This document shows positions 46,013 to 55,500 of a DNA stretch of 64,000 bases, one piece after another. A program made the position numbers and the translations under genes. This stretch comes from a virus. The notes under the pieces were generated by a model. It ran no database searches, was not told the DNA's origin, and saw only the letters and a program-made list of their open reading frames with translations. The DNA lies in the IMG/VR virus record IMGVR_UViG_3300032278_000003, positions 2,968 through 66,967 of that record, one strand, 5' to 3'. How positions within the stretch are numbered: the stretch's first letter is position 1; each line of letters begins with the position of its first letter.

Positions 46013-49000
46013 TTAAACGTAAACGATAACCTGAACAACATCATCAAGTGCGAGGTCATACGCGAACTTTAACTGCTTGGAGGTTGCTGTAAAGTAAGCA
46101 TCATGCGTTGCTGCGGACGCATGTAACCTTTGTAACTGGCCATTGACATATACTTGTATCTTGTGAAGAGCAGTACTCGACGTCCATGCGGTGCTACCAC
46201 CAACGGTTGTCCAGTCGGCAGACACAAGCGCATCTCCAGCCTCTAATGCACCACTTGTGTCATTCGCAAGGTCAGTATTGATAACAACGTTATACACTGA
46301 TGGTGCTGTAGATGATAAAGCCGTACCGTTAAAGTAAAGCGTCCCACTGACGTTGTATAGTTTATCAGTCGTTGAACTTGGCGCAGAAATCTGCTCGAAC
46401 TGGATCGGTGAGTTATTGAATAAGAACGAATCGTTCTGATCACCACCATCAAAAGTCATACCGTAACCAACTAAGTGAATTGAAGCTGCGTCATCTTTAC
46501 CAGAGGTAAGTTTCACGCCACCAAGCGTCGCTTCAAGTCCAACCGCTGTTGCAGCAGTACCCGCATCATTCAATATTGATATTGTCTGGCTAGATCCTGC
46601 GTCAGCATGAAGCTTGATAGCATTTGCAGCATCATGATTAGCAACCATCATGATCTGTCCACCTTCTGCCCAAAGATCTTTGTCATCTGCCCATGCAAGA
46701 GACATACCACCTGCAACTGACGATAACAAAATAGCACCTGCGGCATCTGTACCATCCGTGGTACCTGCAGTATTAATCAACGAAGCAAGTTCGCTACCAG
46801 CAGTTCCGTGTGGCGAGAGCAACAGACAAGAAGCTCCACTCTGACCGAGCGTTAGCGTTTGGCCATCGATAACAGTCATTGTGACTCCAGCGCCCGAAGA
46901 TGAAATATCTAATGCACCAGCTGAAACAATGTCCATGCCTGTTCCGTTGTCATGCGTGAATGTTACATCACTGCCAGCGCCGAAGCTGAGAACCGCTGCA
47001 TCAGAAAGCAGCTTCATATCATCACCGATGATAGCATCACCAGCAACGCTCAAACCACCGTCGGTCTGTAAAGAACCGTCAGTCGTTGAAGTAGCTGCTG
47101 TCGTGTCGTCAACAATCACGCGACCTGAAGTTGTAAGTTGTACCATTGAAGAATTACCGGTTGAGGTGATAGCACCGCAACCAATCGTACCAATAGTGGC
47201 AATGTTCTTAGAACCATCAAGGACAACAGCTTTTGAAGCTGCGGCAGTACCATTCGTGATACCATCTAACTTCTCAAGGTCAGCTTCGTTCATATCAGCG
47301 CTACCAATAATAAAAGAACCAACAGCGGTTACAGAACCAGCCGTTGTCAGATTACCGGTGGAAGCTAGCGTCATCTTAGCTGTTGCAGAAGCTGCAGCAG
47401 TTTCAGAATCAGCCGTTGTAAACACCAGCTTCGTAGCATTAGCGTCGGCAGCGAAAGTTTCCTCTGCGATTGCGTGGATACCAGCGGCAACAGTTGCACC
47501 GTCAGTACCGTCAGAATCACCAGCAGCAAATTCCATTGAAGCGATAACTTCATCAGCGATAACTACATCTTCTTCAGACTTTAGCTGTAAAATAACAGGT
47601 TTATCATCCCCGGCATTTGTATTCGTTATCGTGAGTCCCTTGTCAGCAACGTGAGTCAAAGTAACCTCTTTGTCGGCACCGAAGTGCACGACAGCGGCGT
47701 CCGATAACAAAATAAGGTCATCACCGATAACAGCATCCAAAGCAACACTCAAACCACCGTCAGTCTGCAAAGAGCCATCGGTCGTAGAGGTTGCTGCAGT
47801 TGTATCATCAACAATAACACGGCCCGAAAAGGTGCCTTGTGCAAATGAAGAACTACCCGTTGAGGTAATAGCACCACAGCCAACAGTACCAATAGTAGCA
47901 ATGTTCTTGCTACCATCAAGGACAACAGCCTTCGAGGCTGCAGCAGTACCAGCGGTAATTCCATCAAGTTGCTCAAGATCAGCTTCGCTCATAGCAGCAG
48001 AACCGATTGTGAACGAAGTAGTGGCCTCCAAAGTCCCGAAGAACTTAGCAGACTTATCAGCTTCGATCTCAAACGCTGGATCGGCGCCCAAGGCACCCGC
48101 CGCGTCTTCAATCACAAACTTGTCACTATCACCATCTTCAACACCCATTGACCAAACAGTAGTCCCGCTAAGCTGAAACTCGACTCTTGCGTCGCCGTCA
48201 GATGCAGTGTTGTTAATCTTGAGATTAGTTCCGTTTGCGTGTGCGCCCGCCATTGTAAGACCGGTGTCCGCGGTATGCGTCAAACTAATATCACTATCTG
48301 CACCGAAATTAAGCACAGCTGAATCTGAAATTAGCGACACATCATCACCAACATATAAATCAGCCTGCGTGGAAATACCACCAGTTACTTTAAGCGCACC
48401 AGTTGTTGCACTAGAAGCAGCAGTGCTGTCGCTAATAGTCGCAGCTGCGCTAAAAGTCTTCGCTCCCGAAAATGTCTGAGTGGTGCTCAAGTGAGCAGTG
48501 TCAGCATCCAAGTAAGCCGAAGCGACCGCAGTGCCGTTCCAGACGCCAGTACCAATCGTACCAACGCTAGTCAAACTAGAAGCAGTAACTCCAGAACCAA
48601 GCGTACTTGCATTAAGAACCGAAGTTCCAGCAATCTTGTACGCCTTTCCCGAAGCTGCATCAATATCTACATTAGAGCTAAGTGCAGTATTGGCGTGCAC
48701 GTACTTCCAATAGAGGTTAGTGCCACCAGTGACATCAATCTCCATGCCTGATCCATCTGCGTTAGCTACAGTATCATTACCCTTCGACACAGTGATCAAA
48801 TCATCTGCAACAGAAAGTACTGTCGAGTTGACTGTCGTTGTCGTACCGGTGACAGTAAGATTACCAGCAACCGTTGTTGTTGACGCAGAACCCAAGCCGA
48901 GCGTCACATCAACGACACCGCTTGAAGTTGTTCCCTGAATCTGAAGTCCTTTTGTGAGAGTACCATCATTTGCTGCAACGTAGAAATCTAAGCCACCTTG

Positions 49001-52000
49001 TTCTGCACCGGAAGATGCGTCATCGATAGTTGCGTTGATTCTTGCGAAAGTATGCGCGTTAGAAGCGTCATCCTCACTAGCGAAATCGACGTTACCGCAG
49101 ATGTCTCCATCAGCTGGACTAGATCCATTCTTGTTGAGTTTGAGTGTGGCGCCCGTGGCATCTGCATTTGTGTTTTTAAGCTCAAATACCGGAACGGCTG
49201 TGACCGCACTCGTCATCAATAAGCCCGAGTCTGCAACGTGAGCTAAAGTAACTTCTGAATCTGCACCGAAGGCGATCTGAGCCGAATCGGAAAGCAGAAT
49301 AAGATCATCACCGATAACCGCGTCTAAAACAACACTCAAACCACCGTCGGTTTGCAAAGAACCGTCGGTTGTAGAAGTTGCTGCAGTTGAATCATCAGTC
49401 TTGATAATGCCACTAGCAACGATAGTTGAGGTAGTAAGAGCAGCAGTTGCTAGCGTTCCGCCGGCGACTGTTAACGTCGTAGTACCATTGTGAGTGAATG
49501 TAATATCCTGATCATCACCAAAGCTGAGGACTGCGGCGTCGGCCAAGAATAGATCAGAAAAGTTCTGATTTGCACTACCAAGTGCCACACCGTCATCCGA
49601 CGCAGGATATAATGCAGTTGCGCTAAGAGATAGTTCATCACTACCCCCAACTTCAAATGTAATAACATCATCAGCTGAAGCACGAATTGAAGTATCATCA
49701 TCGGCATCTAGATCAATACGACCCGTACCGCCTATGCTGATACTACCTTGAGCATTCAAGTCAATATTATCAACATAAAGATTTGCCCAAGCCACACCGG
49801 AAACAGACCTAGTAACAGTAGCCGTACGGCCACCGTTCATCTCACTGACGTCTAGAGTTCCGCTAGCAGATGACACTTGGATTGCATCACCAATAAGGGT
49901 AGTAGTCAACCCACCGTTGGGCACCTGATCGGCGCCCGATGCGTATGAAACACCCAGCGTACCGCTAGTAGATGTAGGAGCAGTCGAAACTGTACCCACC
50001 CAGGAGCCGATGACGAGGGCGTCACCAGAAACTGCCTGCATCAGAGCCACAGACCAACCCCCACCGTACGGCGAAATCGTCGACGTGGAAGAAGTGAGTT
50101 CCGTACTTGCCAATATTGAACCAAAAGAGGAAGCTTTTGTTGCAGTTGCTGAAGCAGCTGCTGCCACCGTTGCAGTCCAAGTATTGCTACCATCGTTTAT
50201 TGTAATAGTATCATCAGCTAGAGCATCTGCAATCTCAGATGAAAGGCTCGTGAAAGAAACGAACGTTGTATTGCTATCGTAATCGTTAGCGTTATCTCGA
50301 ACCACATAACCCGCAAAATCATCTGCAATGGTTGAATCACCAGTAGTTGAACCGAGAGAGTCCGCGCTGTCAGAGCCAGGAAGCACATTGTTGCCAGCTG
50401 GATCTAATATAATATCACCTATAGCTGCCAATTCAACGCTTGTGGTGCCATCCATTGTAAGCCTTGCTGATTCAGTTCCGCCATCTTTAAAAATAACGTC
50501 GGCACCATCAGCATCAAGAACGATGTCGGTGGATGAATCCAAAGTTAAGTCGCCGGTGGAATTAATACTGATTGGGGTTGCAGCAATAGTTAAACCAGTT
50601 GTACCATCGTGGGTTAAAGTAGCATCTTTACCAGCGCCGAGACCGAGAACGGCCGAGTCGCTCAACAGATACACATCATCACCGATGATAGCATCAGCCG
50701 CCACAGACAAGCCACCGTCGGTCTGTAAAGAACCGTCAGTAGTAGAAGTTGCCGCAGTTGTATCGTCAACGATCACGCGACCAGAAGTCGTAAGCTGAAC
50801 CATTGAAGAGCTACCGGTTGATGTGATAGCACCACAGCCAACTGTTCCGATTGTTGCAATATTCTTAGAACCATCGAGAACAACAGCTTTGCTAGCAGCA
50901 GCAGTACCGTTGGTAATACCGTCTAGCTTCTCAAGGTCAGCTTCACTCATATCAGCAGAACCGATAATGAAAGAGCCAACTGCAGTTACTGATCCGGCGG
51001 TTGTTAAATTACCAGTGGAAGCTAATGTCATCTTAGCCGTTGCAGAAGCTGCAGCAGTTTCAGAATCAGCTGCTGTAAATACCAGCTTCGTAGCGTTAGC
51101 GTCGGCAGCGAAAGTTTCCTCTGCGATTGCGTGGATACCAGCGGCAACAGTCGCACCGTCAGTACCGTCTGAATCGCCTGCTGCTAATTCAATAGACGCA
51201 ATTACGTCAGCTGCAGCAATAGCATCTTCTTCTGATTTCAGTTGTAAGATAACCGGCTTACCAGCACCAGTATTGGTGTTTGTTAATGTAAGTCCTTTAT
51301 CAGCAACATGAGTCAGAGTGACTTCTTTATCTGCACCAAAATGAACGACGGCCGCATCAGAAAGCATAATAAGATCGTCACCAACAACCGCATCAAGAGC
51401 CACAGACAAGCCACCATCAGTCTGTAAAGAACCGTCAGTCGTTGAAGTTGCCGCAGTTGTATCATTAACAAGAATGCGACCAGTAGTGTTCAAGTTATCA
51501 TTAACAGTAGTCTCTGAAGTCGTATGACCAATCGAGATTGCGGCGCCTGAATCATTAGTACCAACATTAACACCCGATGCACCGTCAATCGACACAGCAG
51601 CTGCGCCATCGATAAGGAACGCACCAGCTGAAGCGAGAGTAGCTCCTGTTCCGCCATCATGAGTGATTTTTACATCTTGGCCTGCACCCATAGCGAAGAT
51701 TGCTCCATCGGATAACAGATCGAGATCATTACCAATAACAGCGCTATTTGCAACGCTCAAACCACCGTCGGTCTGTAAAGATCCGTCAGTAGTGGAAGTT
51801 GCTTCGGTGGTGTCGTCGACTTGGATTCGACCAGCAAAGACTCCAGCGGCCTGGGCAGTAAATGTTGCACCACCATGCACGCGTTTAATAGCTGATGCCA
51901 TGTGGTTTAAAACGACACCTAAGTTTGCTGCAGCAAGTCCTGTTGATGCTGCTGCGCTTTCGCTGTCGGTCGGCATGGAACCTGTTAGTTGGGCCAGCCG

Positions 52001-52018
52001 TATTTGTGTAGTAGCCAT
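46013..52018 (-). CDS. Giant modular fibre protein (2001 aa)
   Basis: A/T/G/S/D-rich; six near-exact TSTTDGSLQTDGGLSV repeats, a ~270-aa internal duplication and a C-terminal VYVNG beta-domain; AAGGAG SD. Confidence 0.8.
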   Translation of the reverse strand: MATTQIRLAQLTGSMPTDSESAAASTGLAAANLGVVLNHMASAIKRVHGGATFTAQAAGVFAGRIQVDDTTEATSTTDGSLQTDGGLSVANSAVIGNDLDLLSDGAIFAMGAGQDVKITHDGGTGATLASAGAFLIDGAAAVSIDGASGVNVGTNDSGAAISIGHTTSETTVNDNLNTTGRILVNDTTAATSTTDGSLQTDGGLSVALDAVVGDDLIMLSDAAVVHFGADKEVTLTHVADKGLTLTNTNTGAGKPVILQLKSEEDAIAAADVIASIELAAGDSDGTDGATVAAGIHAIAEETFAADANATKLVFTAADSETAAASATAKMTLASTGNLTTAGSVTAVGSFIIGSADMSEADLEKLDGITNGTAAASKAVVLDGSKNIATIGTVGCGAITSTGSSSMVQLTTSGRVIVDDTTAATSTTDGSLQTDGGLSVAADAIIGDDVYLLSDSAVLGLGAGKDATLTHDGTTGLTIAATPISINSTGDLTLDSSTDIVLDADGADVIFKDGGTESARLTMDGTTSVELAAIGDIILDPAGNNVLPGSDSADSLGSTTGDSTIADDFAGYVVRDNANDYDSNTTFVSFTSLSSEIADALADDTITINDGSNTWTATVAAAASATATKASSFGSILASTELTSSTSTISPYGGGWSVALMQAVSGDALVIGSWVGTVSTAPTSTSGTLGVSYASGADQVPNGGLTTTLIGDAIQVSSASGTLDVSEMNGGRTATVTRSVSGVAWANLYVDNIDLNAQGSISIGGTGRIDLDADDDTSIRASADDVITFEVGGSDELSLSATALYPASDDGVALGSANQNFSDLFLADAAVLSFGDDQDITFTHNGTTTLTVAGGTLATAALTTSTIVASGIIKTDDSTAATSTTDGSLQTDGGLSVVLDAVIGDDLILLSDSAQIAFGADSEVTLAHVADSGLLMTSAVTAVPVFELKNTNADATGATLKLNKNGSSPADGDICGNVDFASEDDASNAHTFARINATIDDASSGAEQGGLDFYVAANDGTLTKGLQIQGTTSSGVVDVTLGLGSASTTTVAGNLTVTGTTTTVNSTVLSVADDLITVSKGNDTVANADGSGMEIDVTGGTNLYWKYVHANTALSSNVDIDAASGKAYKIAGTSVLNASTLGSGVTASSLTSVGTIGTGVWNGTAVASAYLDADTAHLSTTQTFSGAKTFSAAATISDSTAASSATTGALKVTGGISTQADLYVGDDVSLISDSAVLNFGADSDISLTHTADTGLTMAGAHANGTNLKINNTASDGDARVEFQLSGTTVWSMGVEDGDSDKFVIEDAAGALGADPAFEIEADKSAKFFGTLEATTSFTIGSAAMSEADLEQLDGITAGTAAASKAVVLDGSKNIATIGTVGCGAITSTGSSSFAQGTFSGRVIVDDTTAATSTTDGSLQTDGGLSVALDAVIGDDLILLSDAAVVHFGADKEVTLTHVADKGLTITNTNAGDDKPVILQLKSEEDVVIADEVIASMEFAAGDSDGTDGATVAAGIHAIAEETFAADANATKLVFTTADSETAAASATAKMTLASTGNLTTAGSVTAVGSFIIGSADMNEADLEKLDGITNGTAAASKAVVLDGSKNIATIGTIGCGAITSTGNSSMVQLTTSGRVIVDDTTAATSTTDGSLQTDGGLSVAGDAIIGDDMKLLSDAAVLSFGAGSDVTFTHDNGTGMDIVSAGALDISSSGAGVTMTVIDGQTLTLGQSGASCLLLSPHGTAGSELASLINTAGTTDGTDAAGAILLSSVAGGMSLAWADDKDLWAEGGQIMMVANHDAANAIKLHADAGSSQTISILNDAGTAATAVGLEATLGGVKLTSGKDDAASIHLVGYGMTFDGGDQNDSFLFNNSPIQFEQISAPSSTTDKLYNVSGTLYFNGTALSSTAPSVYNVVINTDLANDTSGALEAGDALVSADWTTVGGSTAWTSSTALHKIQVYVNGQLQRLHASAATHDAYFTATSKQLKFAYDLALDDVVQVIVYV
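47015..51480. repeat. ~810-bp direct repeat pair inside the 2001-aa fibre gene (about 47015-47825 and 50670-51480)
   Basis: The two protein copies are nearly identical; the DNA stretch agcgtcggcagcgaaagtttcctctgcgattgcgtggataccagcggcaacagt is identical at 47441 and 51098. Confidence 0.85.
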
Positions 52019-52260
52019 ATTTTTTTCTCCTTATATATTAGGCTATTTTTTTGTGAAAAAGACAAATCGATTCGTCTATTTCGAGAACTACACCGAAAGA
52101 TAATCAAAAATTTAATTGAAATGTTGTGAAATAAAACTAAGAAATGAAAGGGAACGCAGATAAATATAACATACAAACAGAAATTGACTCAAAAAAATGA
52201 CTTTTATTTACAGCAATAGAACTCAACAAAATTTAGCGCAACAAACTTAACAAAGCAACC

Positions 52261-52482
52261 CTAATACATCAACTTTTTTAGATTCTTCAAGTGAGTATCA
52301 AAAGCACAAAACTCAGATGTTATATACTCAACAACTAAACTTTGGGCTAACCCCTGAGGATCTTCAAACTCAAACCTAAACTTACCAGTAACTTCTCTAG
52401 TCGCAGACAGCAGTTGCAATCCCCTTAACATCAAGTAGGCTGAGATCGCGATGTCTGACGTTACGTACCTATTATCTGACAA
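52261..52482 (-). CDS. Small DUF5659-like protein
   Basis: 73 aa; TSDIAISAYLMLRG...GKFRFEFED...LKNLKKLMY pattern recalled for DUF5659; TTG start with AAGGGA SD. Confidence 0.55.
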   Translation of the reverse strand: MSDNRYVTSDIAISAYLMLRGLQLLSATREVTGKFRFEFEDPQGLAQSLVVEYITSEFCAFDTHLKNLKKLMY

Positions 52483-52514
52483 GATGATTTCCCTTTAGTC
52501 TAAATATAAATATT

Positions 52515-55500
52515 TCAGATAATGTTTATCGTCACATGATCGTCAACAAAAAGATTAAAACCAAAAATTATGTTATTTGTCGGCTGCAAATAGTAATCGT
52601 AACTTGAGCCGCTAAGAAGCAAGACACCATTAACGAAGACATCGATCCTTTCTGGATCGTATGATACCGTACTGAAATTATAACTAGTTGAAAATGCGTT
52701 ACCAGCGGCTAAGTCTGTAGCGATTACTTGCGTTATTTTCTTCCTGCTTATGTCTAAATCAATAAACCCAGGCGAATCTGTAGTTAAACTTAGTAAGCTA
52801 GAAACACGAAAAACTTTCTCGTTAGACAAAACGCTATGGGATTCAAAAGTTATAACTGGGGAATCTCTGGGAGCAGCTCCTTCAGATATAACGACGTCTA
52901 GAAGATCATCAACTTGAACTTCAAAAGCAAACTTAAGAGTGCTAGCACCAGTCAAATAGTAATCTGCGCCTGAAGCTGCTACTTCGCTAGCTGAACCCGA
53001 ATGCATCAACATACCGTTCAAAAACACATCAATGGAATTTGGATCGTAATCTACAGCTGATAAATCGGTGCTTCCAACTGTTATATTTGTAAGAGCTGAC
53101 GTTTGCGATAACGCATATACGTCTTTATCTCGGCCGCCACCGTCGCCGGCGAGGCCGACTGGACCGACCAAAGTCTTAAGTTGAGTTAAGCTGATCTTTT
53201 TAACTGCGTTACTGTCGCTAGCATCTGATATAGCTATTGAGTCTAAAAGATTACCAGCGTTCGAATCTGCACCGAGACTATTGATGTCTAAATTAAGAGT
53301 TGCTGCGCCCTGAGTTGCTCCGCCGCTAAGGCCGGTTCCTGCAACAACAGAGGTTATATCACCGCTACCGCCGGCGCCTAAATTAAGTAGCTGCGTTATA
53401 GTGATCTTCTTAACTGCGTTACTGTCACTAGCATCTGATATTGCGATCGTATCTGCAACATTACCAGCGTTTGTATCAGCATCAAGGCTGTTGATATCTA
53501 AATTAACAGTTGCTGCGCCAGAGTTCGCGCCTCCTGAAAGACCTGTGCCTGCAACAACTGAAGTTATATCGCCAGAACCGTCGCCTCCGATTAACGTCTG
53601 GAGTTGAGTCAAAGTAATCTTTTTGCTTAAGTTACTGTCGCTAGCATCAGCAATAGCCATTGTATCAGCTAAGTTTCCAGCATTACCATCAGCAGCTAGA
53701 CCGTGGACATTGAGGCGTAAATTATCAGACCCATCGTCTTCAAGACCGACACCAGCGATGTCAGCTGGTTCGATAGCTAACTCAGAAGAAACAATTTTGA
53801 GACCAGCAGAGCTCTTAAGATCTAGCGCAAATTCGGTGCCTGATAAGTCTAGACCATCACCAGCTGTATAAGTCGTATCCGTGTCAGTATTAACTCGAGC
53901 TTTAAGCTGAGTTAACGTAATCTTTTTAGTCGCGTTGCTGTCGCTAGCATCTGAAATTGCGATAGAATCTGCTAAAGCTCCAGCATTCCCATCGGCAGCT
54001 AAACCATTAATGTCTACAGCTAGCTCAGTAGAATCGATTTTGAGACCACCCGTCGACTTGAGATCAAGAGCAAATTCAGTACCTGATAAATCTAAGCCGT
54101 TACCGGCAGTATAAGTTGTATTTGTATCAGCTGAAGCAATCGTAACAGCATCAGAACCAGCAACTGTTGTTATGGTAACGTTAGATCCAGGTATTAGTGT
54201 CAACGTATCAGCTGCAGAATCAGCTACTACATCATCTTGTCCGGAAATAGACGTGACAAGAGTAAACCCAGCAGCGTCACCGAAATTACCGCTATTATTA
54301 TTACCCGGATCTTCTGTTACTGTCACTGTAGATCCGGAATCAGGTTCTACGGTGAAAGACGCATCAGTTGATGTATTTCCTGCGACAGCTGTTGCTGTAA
54401 CATTCAAGGAACCAGCATTTATCTCTGAAACAAACTCAGCAACGACATCAGCAGCTGACCTGTCTGTTCCGCCACCGACGGTTGTTGCTGACGCTGTACT
54501 AGATCCGCTATTGTCGTCAACAGTAAAGTCATGATTTGTGGATCCGTCACTGAACCTCAATATAATATTGCTTGGAACTGTACCGTAGCTTCCCATACCA
54601 AAATTATTAGTAAACCGAACTTTTTTACCGGGCGGGCCGATAGAAATAGTTTTAAATGCATTGCTTGCGCCAGAACCACTGCCAACAAGAGTTTTAAGCT
54701 GAGTCAGCGTGATCTTTTTGCTTAGATTACTGTCACTAGCATCTGCAATAGCAATTGAATCACTTAAGTTACCGGCGTTTCCATCAGCGGCTAGACCGTG
54801 CACATTCAATCTTAGATTATCAGACCCATCATCCTCAAGACCGACACCTGCTAGGTCTGCTGGTTCGATAGCTAACTCAGAAGAAACAATTTTGAGACCA
54901 GCTGATGCTTTGAGATCTAGCGCAAACTCAGTACCTGACAAATCGAGACCGTTACCAGCGGTATATGTTGTATTTGTATCAGTGTTAACCGCTGCTTTAA
55001 GTTGAGTTAACGTGATCTTCTTGGTCAAGTTACTATCGCTAGCATCAGCTATCGCGATTGAATCGCTTAGATTTCCAGCGTTTCCATCAGCTGCTAAGCC
55101 ATGAACATTTAGCCTAAGTTTATCAGATCCACCGTCTTCAAGACCGACACCGGCAAAATCTGCAGGTTCAACTGCTAATTCTGTAGATACTATTTTTAAA
55201 CCGCCAGCAGAAGAGCCACCGGTGAACTGTGATGCAATAGCAATACCAGCCCCACTCGGATCGTTGAAAGAGATAGTCGTATTTCCAGCAGAACCAGCAG
55301 TGGCTTGAGTTAACGTTATCGTTGGACCGGACGATTCTCCATCAGAAACAGCTGTTATCTTTCCGTTATGACCGCCTGAGTGGTTGATTCCTGCAGTCAG
55401 CTTAGCACCAATTGCAGCCTTATCAAAATCGAGGCCTTGAATCTTTATGACTGGACCGGTGTTGTCTGGGGCAGAGTTCTTATCAAACGTATAATTGACC

